Shown one piece after another: positions 1 to 9,877 of a stretch of DNA of 64,000 nucleotides (the stretch's first letter is position 1; every line of letters starts with the position of its first letter). This DNA is from an uncultured Alphaproteobacteria bacterium (lineage in GTDB: Bacteria > Pseudomonadota > Alphaproteobacteria > Rhodobacterales > Rhodobacteraceae): positions 43,510-107,509 of the forward strand of contig CAWFEG010000004.1 of NCBI GenBank assembly GCA_963814835.1, given 5' to 3'. The translations under genes were made by a program, and so were the position numbers. A model generated the notes under the pieces. The model saw only the letters and a list, made by a program, of their open reading frames with translations. It was not told where the DNA came from and searched no databases.

Positions 1-75
1 TATCAGCGCCGCCGTTGCCCAGTGCAGCAACTGCGCGACCCACCCCCAGCGCGTCTCGGTGTTTCCCGCCGGCAT
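1..75 (-). CDS. cytochrome b561-family protein, first 25 codons only (gene runs off the window start)
   Basis: ATG (rc) at 75-73, 7 nt after the yceI stop. MPAGNTETRWGWVAQLLHWATAALI resembles the first TM helix of YceJ-type cytochrome b561, the usual yceI neighbour. Confidence 0.45.
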   Translation of the reverse strand, partial: MPAGNTETRWGWVAQLLHWATAALI

Positions 76-82
76 GGCGATC

Positions 83-631
83 TCACCGCGCGACCATGTC
101 GAGCCGGATCCTGACGGGCAGGATCGCGGGCACGTCTGCCGGCGCGCCGTTGGCCCCGAAGGCGGCGCGGTCGATGGCGCCCTCAAGATCGAAGGCCGCC
201 GAGCCCGGGTCGTAGCGACGGACCATCGCCTTGAAGAGGATGGGTCGCGTCACGCCGCGGAAGGTGATCCGGCCGTAAATGTCGGCCGTCGACCGCGAGG
301 TCTGCACGAGCCGGTCGAGGTCGAAGCGGATGACCGGGAAGCGGTCGGCGGCGAGGAAATCTTCCGAGCGTGCGACCCGGTCGGCTGGCGGCAGGCCGGT
401 CGTAGCCGCGCCCGCCGCAACCTCGATGCGGGCTGCCGCCGTTTCTGGCGCGGTTGCGTCGAAGTCGATGATGCCGCCGTAGCGCGGGAAGGCTAGTCGC
501 ACGGTGAGGCCGCGCCATGGTACCAGCAATTCGATCTTCGTGGCATCCGTCAGCGCCCACGGCGCTGCCGAAGCCGGCGCGGCCGCCATCAGGAGACAGA
601 GAAGAAGCGCGCGCAGCATGCGCGCAAGCAT
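83..631 (-). CDS. yceI: YceI-family periplasmic protein
   Basis: 182-aa ORF with a signal peptide (LLLCLLMAAAPASA) and YceI-like segments (FPVIRFDLDRL, GRITFRGVTRPI). Confidence 0.8.
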   Translation of the reverse strand: MLARMLRALLLCLLMAAAPASAAPWALTDATKIELLVPWRGLTVRLAFPRYGGIIDFDATAPETAAARIEVAAGAATTGLPPADRVARSEDFLAADRFPVIRFDLDRLVQTSRSTADIYGRITFRGVTRPILFKAMVRRYDPGSAAFDLEGAIDRAAFGANGAPADVPAILPVRIRLDMVAR

Positions 632-711
632 ACCATTCCGTCCGTGATATCGGTGCCACGTCTTCGTGTAGATCGCCCTGCGCGCTGACGAGACGACCGG
701 CCTCCCTGACG

Positions 712-1265
712 ATGCTCCATGGCTATGCCTGGGTCAGTACCACCGACCGGGACCTCTCTGTTCAGTGGCCGCCCTTCGCCCGGCCGGATACACGATCATC
801 CGCGCCGAGAAGAAGCGCCGGGCCCGGCGCTACGGCCGGACCAAGCTCGCCATTGTTCTCGACTTCCTCCGCCCCGGCGACAAGATCGTCGTGACCCGGA
901 TCGACCGGCTTGCCTGTTCCATGAAGTATTTCCAGAAGATCGTCTTCGAGCTGAAGCGGCGCGGCCTCGCCCTGCCCGCCACCGAGCAGCCCGTCGACAC
1001 CGCCACGGCCGCCGGAAAGGCCTTCCTCGACATGCTGGGCGGCTTTGCCGAGTTCGAGACCAATCTGCGGCGGGAGCGGCAGCTCGAGGGAATAGAGGCC
1101 GCCAAGGTACGTGGCGCCTAGAGGGGCCGGAAGGCGTCGATCGACGCCGCCGAAATGCGCCGGCTCCATCGCGAAGATAAACTCGGCCCCACCGCGATCG
1201 CGCGGCACCTCGGGATCGGACGCGCCGCCGTCTACCGTCTCCTAAAACAGGCCGACGGAGCCTGA
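712..1265 (+). pseudogene. serine recombinase (resolvase/invertase) pseudogene
   Basis: Catalytic N-terminus MLHGYAWVSTTD in one frame. Core GDKIVVTRIDRLA...AEFETNLRRERQLEGIEAAK in another. C-terminal HTH GPTAIARHLGIGRAAVYRLL follows an in-frame TAG at 1119-1121. Confidence 0.8.
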
Positions 1266-1359
1266 TCGAAGGATCGAGCGATCGCGCCAAAGACGATTCA
1301 CCTCTCGGCTGAGTCCCCGGTGTCTGTATGATCCAAGGCTACCCAGCCGGAGATCCTCG

Positions 1360-1920
1360 ATGCGCCTGAGACCCTTTGTCTCTGCACTCCCCCTCGCGGT
1401 CGCGGCACTCGCGGTCGCCTCCCCGCAGGTTGCGGCGGCCCAGGTCCACGACATGGATTGCAAGCTCCTCCTCTGCCTGCCGGGCGGTTTTCCGGACGGC
1501 TGTGGCGATGCCTACGACCACATGATCGACCGCCTGCGGGACGGGAAGTCGCCCATCGGCACCTGCGCCACGTCCGGCGGTGGCGCGTACGACGATTACG
1601 AGATCGACTGCGCCTTCAACGGTGCCGCGTCGCGCGAGGGCTGGCAGTGTCCCGAAGGATCGAGCCTCTACCATGCGTCCCGGCCCGTCGAACGCAACCG
1701 GAACGCCGTCAACGTCTTCTGCTACGAGGGCAGCGACACGGTCCGCCTCGGCGAGATCACCCGCACCTACTACACGGGTACGAGCCGTCCCGAGCGCACC
1801 GATTTCACCCTGGACATGGTGATGAACGCCAGCGCCGAGACGCCCTACGAGACCGGCGTGATGCGGTTCAGCACCGGGCGCGCGCGGGACTGGATGACCA
1901 GCATCTACTACATAGAATGA
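1360..1920 (+). CDS. exported cysteine-rich hypothetical protein
   Basis: 186-aa ORF with a clear signal peptide (ALPLAVAALAVASPQVAAA) and several Cys pairs. No family recognised. Confidence 0.5.
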   Translation: MRLRPFVSALPLAVAALAVASPQVAAAQVHDMDCKLLLCLPGGFPDGCGDAYDHMIDRLRDGKSPIGTCATSGGGAYDDYEIDCAFNGAASREGWQCPEGSSLYHASRPVERNRNAVNVFCYEGSDTVRLGEITRTYYTGTSRPERTDFTLDMVMNASAETPYETGVMRFSTGRARDWMTSIYYIE

Positions 1921-2148
1921 CCGAAGGGCTCCGCCTCTCCCTTCTGGCGGCAGCAATCGCGCTGTCCCCGATCACTTCCGGCGCGAAGGTCGCGTGTACT
2001 CCTCCGAAAGAGCCCCACCCCTTCGAGCCCGGCGATCTGGGCCTCGAGCTGCGCCAGATCGTCAACGACCAGCACGAACAGTGCGCCCGCAAGATCGAGG
2101 ACTACCTCAACTGTCTCGGGACCGAGCGCGCCTGGTCGTGTCTCGGAA
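1917..2148 (+). pseudogene. small exported hypothetical protein, 3' end replaced by the IS256 terminus
   Basis: ATGA start/stop overlap with the previous ORF. Reads MTEGLRLSLLAAAIALSPITSGAKVAC..., and the reading frame runs into the IS256 inverted repeat at about 2149. Confidence 0.3.
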
Positions 2149-2670
2149 GTGGGGGAAATTCGAAGGCGGCGTGATCTCCGGGTGATGTGAACCCACCCAG
2201 CCGGCGGCGCCAACCGCCAGGGAGATTGCGCCATGACCGAGATGACCGAGAGCGCTGTCTTTTCGCCGCCGCCCGAGGAGGCGAGCCACGATCCGATCGA
2301 GTATCGGCTTCGGGCGAACGTGCGCGCCACCATCGAGGCGATGTTCGAGGAGGAGCTGGCCGCCTGTCTCGGCCGCTTCCGCCACGGGCGCGGTGGCGAG
2401 GGGGGCGGCGATGCCAGGGGATACCGCCACGGGCACCGAGAGCGGCAGCTCGCCGGGACCTTCGGCACCGAGACCGTGCGGGAACGCAGTTGGGCGCGGG
2501 GCGCCGATGGCCACGGCCAGACCACCGAGCGGCGGTCGAAAGCCCTGCCGCGCTACCGGCGGCTGACGAAGACGGCCGAGGCGCCGATCGCGGCGGTCTG
2601 CCTCGCCGGCCCGAACGCGCGCCGGGTCAAGCGAGCGCTGTTCGGGCTGTTCGAAGGCGCCGTGAGCAGT

Positions 2671-2707
2671 CGCCATTGTCGCCCGGACCGATGGCGCGAC
2701 ACGGCTC
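2671..2707 (-). repeat. type-1 palindromic mini-insertion (37 nt)
   Basis: rc = GAGCCGTGTCGCGCCATCGGTCCGGGCGACAATGGCG. Removing exactly these 37 nt joins GAVSS to VVVSRARAAQVKVGWDA in one frame. Confidence 0.8.
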
Positions 2708-2932
2708 GTTGTCGTCAGCCGCGCGCGGGCAGCACAGGTGAAGGTCGGCTGGGACGCCCGGTGCGTCCGCAACCCTGCCGACGAGGACATTGTCCGCCCG
2801 ATCCTGGACGGGACCGTCATCGGGACCCGGCCGGACAGGAAGGCCGTGAACATCTCGGTGCTGGCCGCCATCGGCGTGCGCCGCGACGGTCAGAAGGTGC
2901 TGCTCTCGATCCGCAACATGGGCGGCGAGAGC

Positions 2933-3000
2933 ACGTCGTCGACCTCGCAGCGCCCCATCGGGGCCCCTGCGTCCGGCTGATGCCGGACCGGTCTCGACCA
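2933..3000. repeat. probable second, longer palindromic insertion in the IS256 transposase
   Basis: 68 nt lie between GGES and WRRFLDD where homologues have about 3 codons. Contains ACGTCGTCGAC and CCGGACCGGTCTCGACCATGGCG, which resemble type-2 and type-1 motifs. Boundaries uncertain. Confidence 0.4.
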
Positions 3001-3911
3001 TGGCGCCGGTTCCTCGACGATCCCGATGCGCGAGGTCTGACGCGGCCCGAGTTCGGGATCCTGGACGGCGCCCCGGGCCTGGAAGCCGCGCTCGTGACCC
3101 TGCGGGGCGAGGAGCCGCCGATCCAGCGCTGCACGGTCCACAAGCATCGCACCCTGCTCGCCCATGCGCCCGAGCACCTGCATGACGAGCCGACCGAGGC
3201 CTGCCGGGACATGATCTGCGCCGGGACGAAGGCCGAGGTCGGGCAGCACCGCCGGGCCTTCCTTCGGACATGGCGGCTGAAATGCAAGGCGGTGGCCGAC
3301 AGCCCGGAAGAAGCCGGGGACCTGCTGTTCGCCTTCACGCGGCCCGATCCCTCGCAATGGAAATCGGCCCGGACGACGAACGCGATCGGGCGGCTGAACG
3401 AGGAATTCCGGCGCCGCATCGAGACCCAGACCGTCCTGCCCGATGCCGGGACCGCGCCCATGCCGTTCCGGGCGCTGCCCGCGTCCGGCCGGATCGTCAT
3501 GCGAAAGATCGACGGATGGGAAACGCTCGACCAACCCATCGCTGCCGAAACCGTCGACCGCGCTGCCTGAAGCAGCCAACCATCATCCGCCCGGAGAACA
3601 CGCTCGGCAATTCCCACCACATCCGCGACACCACCGCGCGCCGAGGCCATGCGGTCAGCCCAGGCGGTCGTCCATCGCTGGGTCCGGTACTTCGGGGCGG
3701 AGGCCGCGCTTCGATATGACGTCGGGGCGGACGACATTCCGGCCGATCGATCGGTCGACTGAATCTCCCCGTTCCTAGTCGTCGAAGAGGTCTTTGGAGG
3801 GCGGGTTGAGGACATTCCGGCATTCGCCCGGAACGTATGAGCCCTAGGCGGAAGGCGATGTTCAGACGCCCTTGCGGGGCAGGTCTACCCCGGCGCATGA
3901 AAGGGCTGAGC

Positions 3912-4604
3912 CTAGACCGACATCATCTGGATAATGCGATCACGGTCGGCCTCGTCCTTCCGGGCGGCATGGGTGACCCGGCCGCGATCCATCACGATGA
4001 TGCGGTCGGCCAGACCGAATGCGAAGGCGAAATACTGTTCGACGAGCACAACGGCGAGGCCCTTTGCCTTCAGATGCGCGATCACCTGCCCGATCTGTTG
4101 AATGATGTTCGGCTGGATGCCCTCCGTCGGCTCGTCGAGGAGCAGGATGCGGGGCCGGATTACCAAGGCGCGTCCGATGGCGAGCTGTTGCTGCTGCCCG
4201 CCGGAAAGATCGCCGCCACGCCGGAGTGCCATCTCGCGTAGGACCGGAAAAAGCTCGTAGATCTCCTCGGGCACGCACCGTTCGGCCTTGGGCAGGCTGG
4301 CGAAGCCGGTCTCCAGGTTCTCCCGCACGGTGAGGAGCGGAAAAATGTCACGCCCCTGAGGCACGTAGCCGACGCCGCGGCGGGCCAGCGCGTGGGCCGG
4401 AACGCGTCCGAGCGCCTCGCCATCCAGGGCGAGCGTACCACCCGACCGCGGGTGGACGCCGGCGATGGCTTTCAGAAGGCTCGTCTTGCCGACACCGTTC
4501 GTGCCCATGACGCAGGTGATCTGACCGGCCTCGGCGTCGAGATCGACGCCGTGGAGGATCTGGCTCTGGCCGTAATGGAGCGTCAGTCCGCGCGCTTCAA
4601 TCAT
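3912..4604 (-). CDS. urtE: urea ABC transporter ATP-binding protein UrtE
   Basis: MIEARGLTLHYGQSQILHGVDLD..., Walker A GTNGVGKT, signature LSGGQQQQL. Last gene of the urtABCDE order. Confidence 0.9.
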   Translation of the reverse strand: MIEARGLTLHYGQSQILHGVDLDAEAGQITCVMGTNGVGKTSLLKAIAGVHPRSGGTLALDGEALGRVPAHALARRGVGYVPQGRDIFPLLTVRENLETGFASLPKAERCVPEEIYELFPVLREMALRRGGDLSGGQQQQLAIGRALVIRPRILLLDEPTEGIQPNIIQQIGQVIAHLKAKGLAVVLVEQYFAFAFGLADRIIVMDRGRVTHAARKDEADRDRIIQMMSV

Positions 4605-4606
4605 GT

Positions 4607-5347
4607 TCAGCGTCCCAGGTAGACGTCGATGACGCGGGGGTTCCGCGTGACGTGATCGAGGCTTCCCTCGGCCAGCACCGATCCTTCGTGCAGCACCGTC
4701 ACCCGGCATTCGAGCCGCCGCACGAAATCCATGTCGTGCTCGACCACGACCACGGCCCGGGTCTTCGCCGCCTGCTTGAGAAGGTCGGTCGTGTGCTCGC
4801 GCTCTTCGAGCGTCATGCCGGCGGCGGGTTCGTCGACCAGCAGGAGGCGCGGCTCCTGCGCGAGGAGCATTCCGATCTCGAGCCATTGCTTCTGTCCGTG
4901 GCTGAGCTCGCCGGCCCTGCGCGCAAGGTGCCTGCCAAGGCCGATTTCCGAGGCGAGGCCCCGCACCCGCTCCATGTCCGCCGGGCTTCGTCGGTAGAAG
5001 AGCGCCGAAACGGGCCCTCGGCGGTTCCTAAGCGCCATGACGAGGTTCTCCTCCACGCTCTGATCCTCGAAGACGGTGGGTCGCTGGAATTTCCGCCCGA
5101 TCCCTTCGCGTGCGATCCGCGCCTCGGACATGGAGACCAGCGAGGTTCCGAGATCGCCCCACCTGACGGTGCCCGTATCGGGCCGCGTCTTGCCGGTCAC
5201 GATGTCCATGAACGTCGTCTTGCCTGCCCCATTCGGGCCGATCACGGCCCGCAATTCGGACTTGCCGATGGAGAAGGACAGGTTGTTGATGGCACGGAAC
5301 CCGTCGAAGGTCTTCGATACGCCCGAAACTTCGAGAAGGCTGCTCAT
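4607..5347 (-). CDS. urtD: urea ABC transporter ATP-binding protein UrtD
   Basis: MSSLLEVSGVSKTFDGFRAINNLSF..., Walker A GPNGAGKTT, LSHGQKQWLEIGM. ATGA overlap with urtC. Confidence 0.9.
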   Translation of the reverse strand: MSSLLEVSGVSKTFDGFRAINNLSFSIGKSELRAVIGPNGAGKTTFMDIVTGKTRPDTGTVRWGDLGTSLVSMSEARIAREGIGRKFQRPTVFEDQSVEENLVMALRNRRGPVSALFYRRSPADMERVRGLASEIGLGRHLARRAGELSHGQKQWLEIGMLLAQEPRLLLVDEPAAGMTLEEREHTTDLLKQAAKTRAVVVVEHDMDFVRRLECRVTVLHEGSVLAEGSLDHVTRNPRVIDVYLGR

Positions 5348-6567
5348 CGGGCCTCCTCCGCGTCGCGCACCGCACCCTCGTCGGGACCGACCGCATCGCC
5401 GTGGCGGTCGGGATTGCGCCGGGCGAGGGCGAGATCGATCAGGCCGGAAAGCCCCTTCGGCGCGAAGATCGTGACCAGCACGAAGCCCAGGCCCAGCATG
5501 ACCTGCCACCAGGACACCCAGGCGATGGTATATCCCAGCACGGTCACGTCGGGCGCGCCGCCACCCGAAAACCAGTTCGACAGCAGGCTGACGCTCGCGG
5601 CCCCCAGGACCGCGCCCCAGATCCGGCCACGCCCACCAATGGCGACCCAGACGGCCAGGTAGATCGAGGCGATGGGCGCAAGCTCGGCCGGATTGATGAT
5701 ACCGGCCTGCGGGTAATAGAGCGAGCCCGCGATCCCCGCCATCACGGCCGACACGGTGAAGACGAAGAGCTTGTAGGACTCCACCGGGTAGCCGAGGAAG
5801 CGCACCCGCGCCTCGTCGTCACGCACGCCGCGGATGACCGAGCCGAACTTGCCCGCCACGATCCAGGCGGCGAGGACGTAGCCCAGTGCCAGTGCGAGCG
5901 CCGATCCCCACACGAACCAGAGCGAGATCCAGGCCTGCGACACGCCGCCGGCATGGGGGATGTTCTGTAGCCCCGACAGGCCGTTGTTGCCGCGCAACCC
6001 GCTTTCGTTCTGAAAGAGGTAGAGCGACAGCGCGAGCGTCATCGCCTGGGTCAGTATGGACAGATACACCCCCGTCACGCGGCTGCGGAACGCGAGCCAG
6101 CCGAAGACCAGCGCGAGCAGTCCCGGCACCAGCACCACGAGCGCGAGCTGCACCGGCAGCGACCCCGCAAAGGTCCAGATCGCCGGCAGCTCGGACGCCC
6201 CGACCACGCCGAAGATCTGCGCCGCGATGGCGTCCTGCACCTCGGCGGTGGTCGGCGGCAACGGCTGGGCCAGCAGCGACGGCTCGACGATCAGGCGCGT
6301 GCGCTCGTACATCAGCCACATGCCGATCATGTAGCCGCCGAGCCCGAAGAACGCGAAATGACCCAGGCTCAGGATCCCCGCATAGCCCCAGACCAGGTCC
6401 ATCGCGATCGCCACGAGGCAGAGGCAGAGCGTCTGGCCCAGGATCTTTATGAAGGAGGTGCTGAGCGCCCCGGTCCCCGTGGCCTCCGAGAGGACCGTCA
6501 CGCCGAGGGTGAAGAGCGCGAGCAGCGACAGGAAGACGAGTACGTGGGGATGGCGCCTGAGGAACAT
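5344..6567 (-). CDS. urtC: urea ABC transporter permease UrtC
   Basis: 407-aa LivM-type polytopic permease in the urt operon context. Confidence 0.85.
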   Translation of the reverse strand: MFLRRHPHVLVFLSLLALFTLGVTVLSEATGTGALSTSFIKILGQTLCLCLVAIAMDLVWGYAGILSLGHFAFFGLGGYMIGMWLMYERTRLIVEPSLLAQPLPPTTAEVQDAIAAQIFGVVGASELPAIWTFAGSLPVQLALVVLVPGLLALVFGWLAFRSRVTGVYLSILTQAMTLALSLYLFQNESGLRGNNGLSGLQNIPHAGGVSQAWISLWFVWGSALALALGYVLAAWIVAGKFGSVIRGVRDDEARVRFLGYPVESYKLFVFTVSAVMAGIAGSLYYPQAGIINPAELAPIASIYLAVWVAIGGRGRIWGAVLGAASVSLLSNWFSGGGAPDVTVLGYTIAWVSWWQVMLGLGFVLVTIFAPKGLSGLIDLALARRNPDRHGDAVGPDEGAVRDAEEAR

Positions 6568-6570
6568 GGC

Positions 6571-8529
6571 TCAATCCCCCGCCGCACGGCCGCGCGGAGC
6601 GACGATGCCCTTCGGCCGGAACTGTATGAAGAGGATGACGAAAAGGATCATGTAGGTCTGTGCGGCGAGCGTGTTCGACGGGTTGAAGCTCTCGATGCCC
6701 TTCTGCAGGACGCCGATCAGCGTGGCGCCCGCCAGCGTGCCCCAGATATTGCCCACGCCACCGATCACCACTGTCATGAAGCTCTGCACGATGTAGTTCT
6801 GGCCGAGTTCCGAGGTGACCTGGGCGAACATGCCGATGGCGACGCCCGCGATCCCCGCGATGCCGGAGCCGAGCCCGAAGGTCAGCATGTTGATCCGGCC
6901 CGGATTGATCCCCATCGACGCCGCCATGCGCGGGTTCTGGGTCACCGCCCGCACCTCGAGGCCCAGCCGCGTGCGGTTGAGGATGAACAGCAGCAGACCC
7001 AGGAACGCGAGCGCAAGGACGAAGATGCCGATCCGCAGATAGCTGATGCCGATGATGTCGTTGACGACCAGCGACCCGGCCAGCCAGTCGGGCGGCGTCA
7101 GAGGCTTTGCCTGGGTGCCGAAGACGTTCTTCACCAGTTGCTGCAGCGCGATCGAGATCCCGAAGGTGGCCAGCAGCGTCTCCAGCGGGCGGTGATAGAG
7201 GTGGCGGATCACCAGCCGCTCCAGCGCGACGCCGGCGGCAAAAGCGACGGCAAAGGCCAGCGGCAGCGCCAGGACGAGCGAGATCGTGTAGTTCGGCACC
7301 TGGGTCTGGACCAGCCATCCGGTGAAGGCGCCGAGCATGATGAACTCACCATGCGCCATGTTGATCACCCCCATCACCCCGAACGTGATCGCCAGCCCGA
7401 TCGCTGCGAGGAAGTAGATCGAGGCGAGGCTCAGCGCATCGAGGCCCAGATCGGCCCATTGCTGCAGCCGCAGCGACAGCGCGATCCGGTCCAGCGCATC
7501 GGCCGCCGCCGCCGTCACCTCGGCCGAGGGGTCGTTGTAGAGTTCGTAGAAGACATGGGAGTCGAGGATGTCTTGGACTTCGCTTTCGAGGGCGGTGGCC
7601 GTGACCACCCCCTCGGCGGCGAGGGCTTCGTAGGCCGCGTCGCGTGCCTCCTGCCCCCCCAGTGCGGCGACGGGCACGCCACCCACGCGGCCGTCCACGA
7701 TATTGGCGATGAGTGCGTCGCGCCGGTCCGCCCGGTCGATCCGTTCGGGCGCCAAGCCGCGCGAGACCAGAAGCGCGTAGGCCTCGTCGAACGAAAGCGC
7801 ATCGCTGCCGGGCGTCAGAAGGCGAGCGACATTCTCCTCCTCGCCCGGCGCTTCGGTGGCAGCCATGCGCCGCGTCGCGACCACCGGGGTCAGCGTCGCG
7901 CGCACGTCCCGCGCCGTATCCGCGCCGAGGCTCTCGATGGCGGCAATGCGCGCGGCATCGCTCTCGCCGTAGGCGACCGTCAGCAGCCGCTCCAGCCGTT
8001 CCATCCGCCCGCGGAGCATGGCGTCGGGTTCGCCCGGAATGACGTTGCGCAGCATGTCCAGGTGTTCCGGCTCGGGATTGCGGGCGATGGACGCGACCGC
8101 CCGGCGCCGTTGCACGATATCCTCGTCCTGCAGCCGGAATTGCGCCAGAGCCGACTGGATCATCGCCCTGATACCCGCGTTGGGCCGGATTTCCGTGAAA
8201 CCGTCGTCGGAGACGATGCCCGCATCGGCCCCCGTCGCGATGTCGGTCAGGGCAAGGGTATCGTCTTCACCCTCCTTCGCGAAGAAGAACATCCCGTCCG
8301 AGTCGCGGCGATAGAGCTCCCGTTCCTGCCACCTGCGCAGGACCTCCCGCGCTTCGGGAAGGCCGCTGTCGCGCAGCGCCGCAATGGCGGGGTCGATCGT
8401 TCGGCGCGAGCTTTCCTCGATGAGTTCGCCCTGCGCCTGCAGAACATCCTCGATACCCTCCTGCGCGAGACCGGCGGCTGGCAGGATGGCAAGGGTCAGG
8501 GCGGCCAGAAGCCGTCGCAGATGGTGCAT
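6571..8529 (-). CDS. urtB: urea ABC transporter permease UrtB with a long N-terminal periplasmic extension
   Basis: LivH-type permease core in the C-terminal ~300 aa. ATG at 8529 gives the signal peptide MHHLRRLLAALTLAILPAAGLAQ. An upstream GTG at 8562 is an alternative start. Confidence 0.8.
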   Translation of the reverse strand: MHHLRRLLAALTLAILPAAGLAQEGIEDVLQAQGELIEESSRRTIDPAIAALRDSGLPEAREVLRRWQERELYRRDSDGMFFFAKEGEDDTLALTDIATGADAGIVSDDGFTEIRPNAGIRAMIQSALAQFRLQDEDIVQRRRAVASIARNPEPEHLDMLRNVIPGEPDAMLRGRMERLERLLTVAYGESDAARIAAIESLGADTARDVRATLTPVVATRRMAATEAPGEEENVARLLTPGSDALSFDEAYALLVSRGLAPERIDRADRRDALIANIVDGRVGGVPVAALGGQEARDAAYEALAAEGVVTATALESEVQDILDSHVFYELYNDPSAEVTAAAADALDRIALSLRLQQWADLGLDALSLASIYFLAAIGLAITFGVMGVINMAHGEFIMLGAFTGWLVQTQVPNYTISLVLALPLAFAVAFAAGVALERLVIRHLYHRPLETLLATFGISIALQQLVKNVFGTQAKPLTPPDWLAGSLVVNDIIGISYLRIGIFVLALAFLGLLLFILNRTRLGLEVRAVTQNPRMAASMGINPGRINMLTFGLGSGIAGIAGVAIGMFAQVTSELGQNYIVQSFMTVVIGGVGNIWGTLAGATLIGVLQKGIESFNPSNTLAAQTYMILFVILFIQFRPKGIVAPRGRAAGD

Positions 8530-8584
8530 CGCGGATGTCCCGGAAAGGCGATGGCGGGGCACGCGTGGCGCCCCACCGATGGCG

Positions 8585-9877
8585 TCAGTAGTTCGACTGG
8601 ATCTGCACGCAGGTGTCCGTCTCGGTGTTGTACATCCCGCAACCGAGTTCCGGCCAATCCGATGTCAGCACGGCGGAATCGGGCAGGTAGTCCGTCCAGG
8701 CATCGCCCGGAACCTCCTCGGTCTGCTCGAGGATGTCGAACTGCCCGTCGGCCGTGATCTCGCCGATCAGCACGGGCTTGGTCAGATGATGATTGGGCAG
8801 CATCTCGGCCTCGCCGCCCGTCAGGTTCGGTACGGTCTGGCCGTACATGGCGTCGCGCACCGCGTCCACGTCGGTGGTCCCGGCCTCCTCCACCGCCTGG
8901 ACCCACATATTGAAGCCGATGTAGTGGGCCTCCATGGGATCGTTCGTGACCGCGTCCTCGCCCATCCGCTCCTTCCAGTTGGCGACCCAGTCGTCGTTCA
9001 GGTCGCTTTCGGCCGACTGGAAGTAGTTCCAAGCCGCCAGGTGTCCGACGAGCGGCCCCGCATCGAGCCCCGAGAGTTCTTCCTCGCCCACCGAGAAGGC
9101 GATCACCGGCAGGTCGAACGCATCGATCCCCTGCGCGGCAAGCTCGGTATAGAAGCCGACATTCGCATCGCCATTGATGGTCGAGATCACCCCGACCTGC
9201 TGGCCCGTCGCCCCCATCGCGACCACGTCCGACACGATGGTCGACCAGTCGGAATGGCCGAAGGGCGTGTAATTCACGAAGATATCCTCTTCCGCGACGC
9301 CGTTATCCTTGAGATACGCCTCGAGGATGCGGTTCGTGGTCCGCGGATAGACGTAATCGGTCCCGAGAAGCGCGAAACGCTCCACCCCGAGCTCGTTCAG
9401 CATGTAATCGGCGGCGGGAATGGCCTGCTGATTGGGCGCGGCCCCGGTATAGAAGACGTTGCGCGAGCTTTCCTCGCCCTCGTACTGGACGGGGTAGAAC
9501 ATCAGGCCGTTGAGTTCTTCGAGCACCGGCAGGACGGCCTTGCGGCTCGCGCTCGTCCAGGCGCCGAAGATCACGTCGACCTGATCCTGCGTCAGCAGAT
9601 CGCGCGCGCGCGCCGCGAAGGTCGGCCAGTCGGACGCGGGGTCGACGACCACGGCCTCGATATCGCAACCGAGAAGCTGGCCTTCGGCGTTACGCTGCTC
9701 GATCAGCATCTCCATCGTGTCCTTCAGCGTGGTCTCCGAGATCGCCATCGTCCCCGAGAGCGAATGCAGGATGCCGACCTTGATGGGGCATTCGGTGGAT
9801 TGGTCCTGCGCCAGTGCCGGTGAGCCGAGGAGGCCGACGAGGGGCACGGCCAACGCTGCGGTCGGAAATGTGTTCAT
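8585..9877 (-). CDS. urtA: urea ABC transporter substrate-binding protein UrtA
   Basis: MNTFPTAALAVPLVGLLGSPALAQ signal peptide and an UrtA/amide-binding fold sequence. AGGAGG lies 7 nt upstream of the ATG at 9877. Confidence 0.9.
   Translation of the reverse strand: MNTFPTAALAVPLVGLLGSPALAQDQSTECPIKVGILHSLSGTMAISETTLKDTMEMLIEQRNAEGQLLGCDIEAVVVDPASDWPTFAARARDLLTQDQVDVIFGAWTSASRKAVLPVLEELNGLMFYPVQYEGEESSRNVFYTGAAPNQQAIPAADYMLNELGVERFALLGTDYVYPRTTNRILEAYLKDNGVAEEDIFVNYTPFGHSDWSTIVSDVVAMGATGQQVGVISTINGDANVGFYTELAAQGIDAFDLPVIAFSVGEEELSGLDAGPLVGHLAAWNYFQSAESDLNDDWVANWKERMGEDAVTNDPMEAHYIGFNMWVQAVEEAGTTDVDAVRDAMYGQTVPNLTGGEAEMLPNHHLTKPVLIGEITADGQFDILEQTEEVPGDAWTDYLPDSAVLTSDWPELGCGMYNTETDTCVQIQSNY

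Larger units (their letters stand above)
2233..3570 (+). pseudogene. IS256-family (Mutator-type) transposase, split over three frames
   Basis: N-terminus ...YLAGPNARRVKRALFGLFEGAVS, middle IVRPILDGTVIGTRPDRKAVNISVLAAIGVRRDGQKVLLSIRNMGGES (frame of 2738-2980), C-terminus WRRFLDD...QRCTVHKHRTLLAHAP...TTNAIGRLNEEFRRRIETQ. Frame changes coincide with the insertions at 2671-2707 and 2933-3000. Confidence 0.85.
2149..3620 (+). mobile_element. IS256-family insertion sequence, copy 1 (defective)
   Basis: Terminal inverted repeats GTGGGGGAAATTCGAAGGCGGCGTGATCTCCGGGTGATG (left) and CATCATCCGCCCGGAGAACACGCTCGGCAATTCCCACCAC (right). The left end is shared with the fragment at 39791-40320. Confidence 0.8.

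Noticed and set aside
2671-2707. T4 gene-60-style translational bypassing (take-off codon, adjacent stop, hairpin, matching landing codon) as the explanation for the type-1 insertions.
   Set aside because: Only the copy at 42676-42713 begins with a stop codon. I see no consistent matched take-off and landing codons across copies, and orientation relative to the gene varies. Kept only as something to test experimentally, not as a claim.
6358-8757. Very long ORFs antisense to real genes: 6358-8757 (799 aa), 5819-7318, 8384-9823, 16652-17896, 36128-38191, 46604-48124, 50348-51991, 15489-17756 upstream extension.
   Set aside because: Their translations are Arg/Pro/Gly/Asp-rich low-complexity strings typical of off-frame or antisense reading in GC-rich DNA. 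The opposite strand or frame encodes clearly recognisable proteins (Urt, MFS, glycosyltransferases, ExoF-like).
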